In this document: one piece after another, positions 56,101 to 64,000 of the stretch
How the letters are laid out: each line of letters opens with the position of its first letter
Numbering within the stretch: position 1 is the first letter of the stretch
NCBI RefSeq assembly: GCF_009914755.1
Contig: NC_060934.1
Direction: 5' to 3' (one strand)
Source: the human T2T-CHM13v2.0 reference genome, Homo sapiens
DNA length: 64,000 nucleotides
The notes under the pieces: model-generated
Databases searched by the model: none
What the model saw: the letters and a program-made list of their open reading frames with translations, nothing else
What the model was told of the DNA's origin: nothing
Made by a program: the position numbers and the translations under genes

Positions 56101-57482
56101 ACAAAATACCAAAACGTCAAGGAAAACTAGCAATCATCTGGGTACTAATTTTACATTGAAGATGATAGATTTACTTTGGAGATGGTTGGAACCCTGAAGT
56201 GCTGTGAGGGCAAGCCCCCACTTTTCTTGCCCTAGTCAGTATCCTTGGTACCCAGCATGCAAGTATAAAACACTAATAATTTTGTTGTGGGAAATTTTGA
56301 AATCTCACCCTTAAAAATATACTCTGCATCCTTTGATTTACTTTTTTTGGAAGTTACATATTATATTATTTGGCAAAAGTTCAATTCTTTTTAAAGAAAC
56401 ATTTTAAATTTCATGAGTTTAAATTTGATTAAAGATGAAAGAATTTGAGATTTAGTGAATTTGGCTTTTTTTTTTAAACGGCTGCAATGCTTAGGTATAG
56501 TGGCATCACAGTAACTAAACCAGATTCAGCAAAAGCTCAAGCAAGAGATAACTGTTAAGAGGCCCATCAGGAATTATTCATTTTAATTGTGTGATTTGAT
56601 GCTTCTCTGGGTTAATTTAGAAACAGGAGGCCAGTGGTGACTCATTTTTAACCCTTTTTAGCTCCCTGTGAACACTGCCTGCCTGTTTTGCATTTGGCTG
56701 TGTTCAGAGACAGGCTCAGGTGCAGGTTCCCCTTTAGAGTGTTACATTTCAAACTTGCCTGCTAGTGCACTAATCAGCTATGCACCTTTAATTAAAAGTG
56801 TAGGGAAAACTATAGCCAGGAATGATGATTATGGCTAAATTTGGCTCATCTGAGGACCCTGTGATTCTATTTATCCTGTCACTACAACTGTATCATTTAA
56901 CACTAGAAATACAGAGAGGCTGTTCTGCCTTTGGGCTCATGCTTCGGTCTTCTGGTGGGTTGACTCTGGCTTTTTTTCCCCAATCTGTTTTGTCCTTGAA
57001 AGGTTGGTTTATAAATTGTTCCACAAGATAAGTTTTCTTTAACTATAGGAACAAATGGACATGGTGGATGGAATGAGATTGGGAAAGAGAGGCCTGAAAT
57101 ATGCCCTTCCTATGCTAATGTTCCTGTTAACCTGGGCAAAGAAACTGCTTACTTAATCTATAAAGTACTTAAGCTAAATAAATAAATTGATAAATAAGAT
57201 GAAAATCACTCAAAATCATTGGTGGGTGTAGAACTTTGTTTTTTTTCAATTCATGAAAAATTTAATAAATTAAAATGTGGATCTTGAAAGAAATATAACT
57301 ATCATATTCTTATGGCACACGTAGTTATTTTTCTTTCGTCAAGTATAATATTACTGAATAACTTAGGTAACTAGGGCAGTGATTCTCAAACTAGGCTCAA
57401 AGTAAGAAAATGTCCTCCATCCCACCCCTAGAGATGATTATTCAAAAGGTTTGGGTGGAGCCTGGCAGCCTTCCTTTATATC

Positions 57483-57762
57483 TTTTTAAAACAAGGGTCG
57501 TGGTCTGTCACCCAGGCTGGAATGCAATGGCGTGATCATAGCTCACTGCAGCCTTGACCTCGTGGGTTCAAGCGATTAGCCTTCTAAGTAGCTGGGACTA
57601 CAGGTGCGTGCTGCCACACCTAGCTATTTTTAATTTTTTTTTTGGTAGAGACGAGGTTTCACCATGTTGCCCAGGCTGATCTTGAATTTCTGGGCTCAAG
57701 TGATCTTTCCACCTCAGCCACTCAGAGTACTGGGATCACAGGCATGAGCCACTGCACCCAAC
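57483..57762 (-). mobile_element. AluJ inside a MER5-like element
   Basis: gtgatcatagctcactgcagccttgacctc...catgagccactgcaccc. Confidence 0.88.
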
Positions 57763-58749
57763 AGCCTTCCTTTTAACAATCTTCTCAGGAGATTCTGATG
57801 CAGGTGCTCAGTAAACCACCCTTTTGAGAAGAATCCGCTTAAGAGCTAAATCTAATCTTATATTCAAATTCTTTCTTCTACTTTTATGTTTTGAACATTT
57901 ATTTCTCCTGATTTCGATAGACAGTTTCATGTAATAATATATATGTCAGTGCTGCCTTGGAGTTCTCATAAAGGTACGATATATTGCCTTTCCTAGTCTT
58001 AATATGATCTATCTTTTGATGGGTGGAATCAGGAAACCACAGGGTTGGTGGGAATTTTTAGAGATAATGTACATTCTTCTGAGTGACAGATATTTGGATA
58101 GGGCAGAGATGGATTTGATCAAAGGAAAGTAAGAGAAGACATTAGTGAGTAGTGGAAGACACAGAGAAGGGGAAAGGCTCAGATAACAGAGGGCACTGAA
58201 GGGCTGGCGAGGGTTTAGACCTCTTCTGGCAGGCGCTGAGTTACTATGGTGCAGTTTTTGAGCCGGGGACTAACTGGATGCAAACAAGTGTACACCTGAG
58301 CTAGAGACACACAGTACCTTGTCCAGAAACAGAGGATCAAGGAACAGGTGGGTGAAGCAGGCTGGTTTGTCACCATAAAGGCAGAAAGAAACAAGGGTGA
58401 GGACTTGGGGCCCAGAATTTGGCTGGACTGACTTTCAAGGGTTTATGCAGTAGGGTTCTCCAACTCTGTGTTCCTAAAGGTCTATAGCTTTTTGGTAAAT
58501 TGCTTTTTCCTACTATTGATGTTATGGTGTATACATGAAGGCCACCTAGCTCAGCTTCAGGCCAGGATTTAGGAAGTCCTTGAATAATTGCTACAACTAC
58601 CAGTACCTTAATATTGTGAGGCAAGGAAGGCACAATTATTCTTAACTTTGGACAAGAGAAATAGACTCAGAGAGTTAAGTAATTTACCAGAATTTACACA
58701 TGTAGAAATTGGCAGGGCTAGGATTCAAGTTCAGGGCAACCTATTCAAA

Positions 58750-60600
58750 ACTTGTAGGTTTTATAAAAAAGTATAATTTGTCTGATTACATAAAGTGATA
58801 CATACTTATAACAAATTGTACAGCAATGAATAAATAAAAAGTGAAAGTCCCTCATGATCCCACCCTTGAGAGAACAGCTGAGAAAAATTCAGTAAATGTT
58901 GTTCCAGACTTGTTTCTTAAAAAATTCCAGTATACTTAATGAATACATTTGTATTCATATTACAAGGATGGAGCTATATTTTATATGTTATTCCACAGCT
59001 AGCTGTTTTCACTTAATGCTCTAACTTGGATGACATCCTGGTTCAGTACAAATAGATGTAAGTCCTTTCTAACAGTTTCATATGCTATAGAGATTCTTTA
59101 TTTTAAGTATTCCTCTTTTGATGGCTATTTATTTTAAAACCATGCTGCAGTGTGTGTGTATATATTAAATGGTCAAGGAAATCTATGGGGAGATCTTAAA
59201 ATTGGAATTGCTTAGTCAACAGGAATGCATATTATTTTAAAAACTGACATTTTTTTCAATCCTCATCCATATTGAGTTGGACCAATCATATACATTTTAC
59301 CAATCAAATACATTAAATACCTGGCTTAAATTCAGTTTCTTAATTACTAGTGAATTTAGATGTTTATTTCTTGTGACTTAACTGTTTATATTTCTCTTAA
59401 TTACTTGCTCATGTCACTTGCCCATTTTTACTCTTTTTCTTACTGTTATGCAAATGTTTCCTATAGTTTACAGATAATAAATATTATAGCTGTCAGTGGT
59501 GCAAACTTTTTTATTCTTTTACTTGTTGAAAAGATTTTTAAAAGTACTATTCAAGCATTTACAGAATATTTTATTTTAAAATAATTTTAGACTTTCAAAA
59601 GATTGTGGAAACAGTACACAAAGTTTTTATACAACCTTTACCCTGATTCCTCAAATATTAACACCTTGCAAAACCACAGTAGTCATCAAAATCAGTAAAT
59701 TAACACTGACACAATACTATTGTCTAATCTACAGATCTTATTCAAATTTCACCGAAGTCCTTCTGGGCAAGGATCCTTTCTGGGATCATACATTGAATTC
59801 ATTTGTTATGCCTCCTTAGTCTCTTTTAATCTGCAATAGTTCCTAAGTCTTTCTGTCTTTCATGATCTTGACACTTTTTAAGAGCATTGGCTGATTGTTT
59901 CCTAGAAAATCCCTTGATTTGGGTTTATTTGATGTTTCTTCATGAGTATGTAATCAAGAGAGTGACCTAGTCTGATGATGGTCAAAAATAACTTGCCTGA
60001 AAAAGAGATGCTTAAGCTAACACCAGAAAGATGGGTAGAAAGTGGAAGTATGAACTGAGGATGGGGTGCCTTTGCATTGACTTTGCATAGTGCATCTAAG
60101 CAACTGAAAGAAGCCAGTGGAGGAGGTGGTGTGAAAGAAGGCTCTAAGGAGGCAGTCTGGTCAGACCCAGCTTTGTGGGACTTATTAAGGTTATAGGATA
60201 TTAACAGCAATAGAACATCATTCAAGGGCTTTAAGCAAAGGAATGGCAATATCTGAATCAGGTTTTTAAAAGATCACTACAGGTAGATTCTTCACCAGGT
60301 AGAATTAATCAAAGGGGAGCAAGATAGAAACAAATACAACAACTAGGAGGCAGTTCTAGCAATGCAGGCAGAGAAAAGGGTGGGGTGTACATTAAGGAGC
60401 CTCCCCGCAAAGACGGTGAAAACCTGCAGTTTTGAGAGATGTTTTGGAGGGTGAATCTGAATCTGCACATGCAGGTGATAGATTGGATGTGGGGTTAAGG
60501 GAAGGGGTAGGTGCAGGATTGCTAATATCAGCGTTTGCCAGATATTTGTGTAAGTGATTGGATGTTGGTACCATCCATGGAGATGAAAGAGACAATTCTT
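58750..60600. mobile_element. Old L1M fragments followed by L2 (approximate bounds)
   Basis: ataattttagactttcaaaa...ctacagatcttattcaaatttcacc (L1M); ttttaaaagatcact...ggagatgaaagag (L2). Confidence 0.55.
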
Positions 60601-62266
60601 CACCTCTGATAGTGAAGTCAGAAGCATCACCATCTCCAATTCTTTTAGATGCCAACATTTACAATATATTTGCTTATTTATGCTTCTGTATCTCATTATA
60701 GCCACTTAGCTTCCAAGTTCTATGGTTTTTCCTCAGAATCTTTCCCAATAACTGTTTGTCCTTCTCCATTTCTTTCACTGCTCTTCAGTTTGGACAAGGG
60801 TTTCCTCATTCCAGTGTTGCATACTTGCTTCCTCTCTGGGCTACCAATTCCTCTATTCTCTGTAACTTTATCCATCGCTTCCAGAGTATGTGTGTTTAAT
60901 AAATATGTACTAAGTGCCTCGTTTGGGCAGATCACTTTGTTGGGAAGAGTTGGGAATTAAGTAAGTTAAGTATATTTCATGGAACTGGAGTCAATTCCGA
61001 GTTATAATTGAGGCAGAAGGAAAAAGGCCATTCTGCCTAGCGGTCAAGAAAGGACCATATTCTTCTTTCACTCCTTACAAAAAATAAATTCCACACAGGT
61101 CAAATGTATTTATCCAAAAATGACTAACCACAGAAGTACCAGAAGAAAAGATCAGTAGACATATTTTAAAATTGTTTATGATGAGTAAGTTTGAAGACCT
61201 TTTAAAGAATGTTGAGAAACCTAGATACCATAAAGAAAATAGGTCCACTTGAAAGCTTAAATTTTAAAAATTCCATGTAAAAATTAAACAGCTTTCAAGC
61301 AAGAATGTCAGCTGAACTAATAATTATAGAAGGAAAAATAGAAATAGAAAAATGGCCACTTTCAAACACCACAATAATTGTCTCAGGGAAAAAAATCTTC
61401 AAATGCTAAAATTAGTGGGCAATGGTATATTTGCATAGTTTCCCTACAAGATACTTTTCAATTATAAAGAGAAAAATAGTATCGTGGAGAAACCTGACCG
61501 ATATAACTTAAACAAATATCACGATTAACATCATTAATAATTGAACAAATCAATAACATATGTCTCCTGATACATCATGGAGGATACACCATCACTTATA
61601 AGGTATTTTTTTGCCAAAAAAATGCATAACTCTCATTGTTTTCTGTATTTCATCTTTCTCACAGTCACCACAATCTTTATTAGATAATTGTGTAGATAAT
61701 TGTTTATTATTTTTACACCTCTCTGCCCCATTCCTGGTCCTTAGCAGAATGTAAGGTCCATAAAAGCACAAAGTAGGGGCTTTATAAGTAACATTGAATA
61801 AATGAATGAATAAATAAATTTATTTGGAGCTATCAGTTTTTACAGGAAAGATCCATTTAGCCTTGGATTGTATTGAATGAAAAATAACAGTTGGGTATCC
61901 TGGTGGAAATGGATGGAGGACATTTGAAGGTACAATGCTAAAGCTCAAATTAAGCTGAAGCCATGAAAAAAAAAGGTGTCTTATAGAATAAAGATATATC
62001 AAGAAAAAAAGATGAAATATTAATATTTGAGATGCAGGGTGAGGGAGGAGAAAGGAAACACCTCCACTTCAGAGAGGCCAAGGCAGGAGTTGATTTTAAA
62101 TAGGGAAAGTTCAGCTGATCAGGGCCAGGTGCTTAGTGGGGGTTTGTAACTGTTTAATGCAGTGAGTCTCAAGTTTTAATGTGCATAAAAACATCCTGGG
62201 CTGGAGATCCCTGGGGCACCCTTCCCAGAAATTTTGACTCAGTGGGGCCTAGAAATCTGTGGGGTT

Positions 62267-62285
62267 TGTGTATGTGTCTGTGTGT

Positions 62286-62320
<35 letters not shown>
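62267..62320. repeat. (TG)n microsatellite within a MER5-like element
   Basis: TG/CG alternating run. Confidence 0.9.
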
Positions 62321-63376
62321 GCCAGCACACCCCTCCTCCACCAAGTCATTGTAATGCAGGCAAGTTATCCAGGAACCACTCCCAGAGGGAACATGGCATC
62401 CAAATCAGGGGGATGTCAGCTCTAGGGTAGGAAGGTAGGAAGGGGATGAATGGTGAGCAAATTTGGACAGCAGATGACCACTTGCTAACAACTTTGCCAG
62501 AATAAGGAGCTCTTCAAGAAAACTCTTTAAAATGGATTGCCAGGGAAAGTTAAGAAGGAAACTTTTTTCTGTTTCTGCCTACTGCATTGAAGAGATTGTC
62601 CAGTGCAAAACCAAATGTATGAATACAGCCTCTGCTGTGACATGTTAAACAGTTAAGATTCTTGTGGTTGGAGAACACTGGAGAAGCAGTGGATGACAAG
62701 TACTTCAGGATGGCCCTCTTTTGCTTTTGAATAATAGTGCTGGACTCAGTCCATTTTGTAGAACTACTGTCCTTAAGAAAGTTATGAAAATTAAATAAAA
62801 TTGATTAATAATGCCCAAGGACTAACTACATTTCTGAGCTTTCAGGCAACTGGCAGGCAGGAAAATGATGCTATTTCAAACATTTATTTGTGACTCATTA
62901 TACTTCATTGAACTAAGTATCTTTTGGATAGTATTTTCTTAAAAGCAAAATTCCAATAAAAAAGGAAGTATATTAAAAGGTACATTAAAGTTTAGTGCCT
63001 TATGGGTAGCTTATCTTTAGAAATGCATTATTTCCAGGAATGTTTAGTATTTTAACAGGAGGAGAGCAAATTAGCAAGTTCATATGAATTTGTGGTGAAA
63101 AAATATCTGTGTACAAATATGAATCTCTCTCCAGCACCTCAAATTCATTTGCCAAGTGTTTTATAATGCATATTAATTGAATCATCACATTTAGAAAAGA
63201 ATCTAAAATTAGCACATTGATGAGCATATGAAATGCCTTTGATATAGCACAAAAATGTAGAATTTATATTAAAAACCAGCAAATATTTTGAATTGAACTG
63301 TGTCTAGATAGAATAATTATGGATTTGAATTTCTTAACTACATATACCATGTAGTCAGTCCACAAACACTGAATCA

Positions 63377-63867
<491 letters not shown>

Positions 63868-64000
63868 TTAGTGTTGCAGTGTGACTGTGAGTATAAGCCC
63901 TGAACTCCTGTGCACTTAGAGTCCCTGCTCTGTCATTTGCTTGAATTACTTATCTCTTCTAGGCTTTAGTTTTCTTATCTGTAAAATGGAAATCATGGTC

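Overview
This is human (primate) genomic DNA: AT-rich and dense in Alu, L1, L2, MIR, LTR and DNA-transposon fossils. From recalled protein and mRNA sequence it is the 10q23.31 ANKRD22-STAMBPL1 interval. It holds ANKRD22 coding exons 1 (21533-21553) and 2 (1794-1985) on the minus strand, about 28 kb of LTR-rich divergent intergenic DNA, a full-length processed PTCD2 pseudogene (about 46.3-48.1 kb), and the CpG island, non-coding exon 1 and start of intron 1 of STAMBPL1 on the plus strand. The most unexpected observation is a heavily decayed, junction-spanning CDC42 retrocopy (C-terminal CDS plus 3'UTR, about 880-1339) lying sense within ANKRD22 intron 2. It has a cryptic AG in frame with exon 2, an open frame through the CDC42-like polybasic/Cys tail, and a downstream AATAAA. 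Other candidates are a STAMBPL1 uORF whose stop codon is split by the splice junction, a palindromic GATA-rich minisatellite, a triple-palindrome cluster, and LTR-borne IFN/DUX4 motifs. I see no clearly demonstrable new multi-gene system. Repeat subfamily names and gene identities come from memory of consensus sequences, not from a database search.
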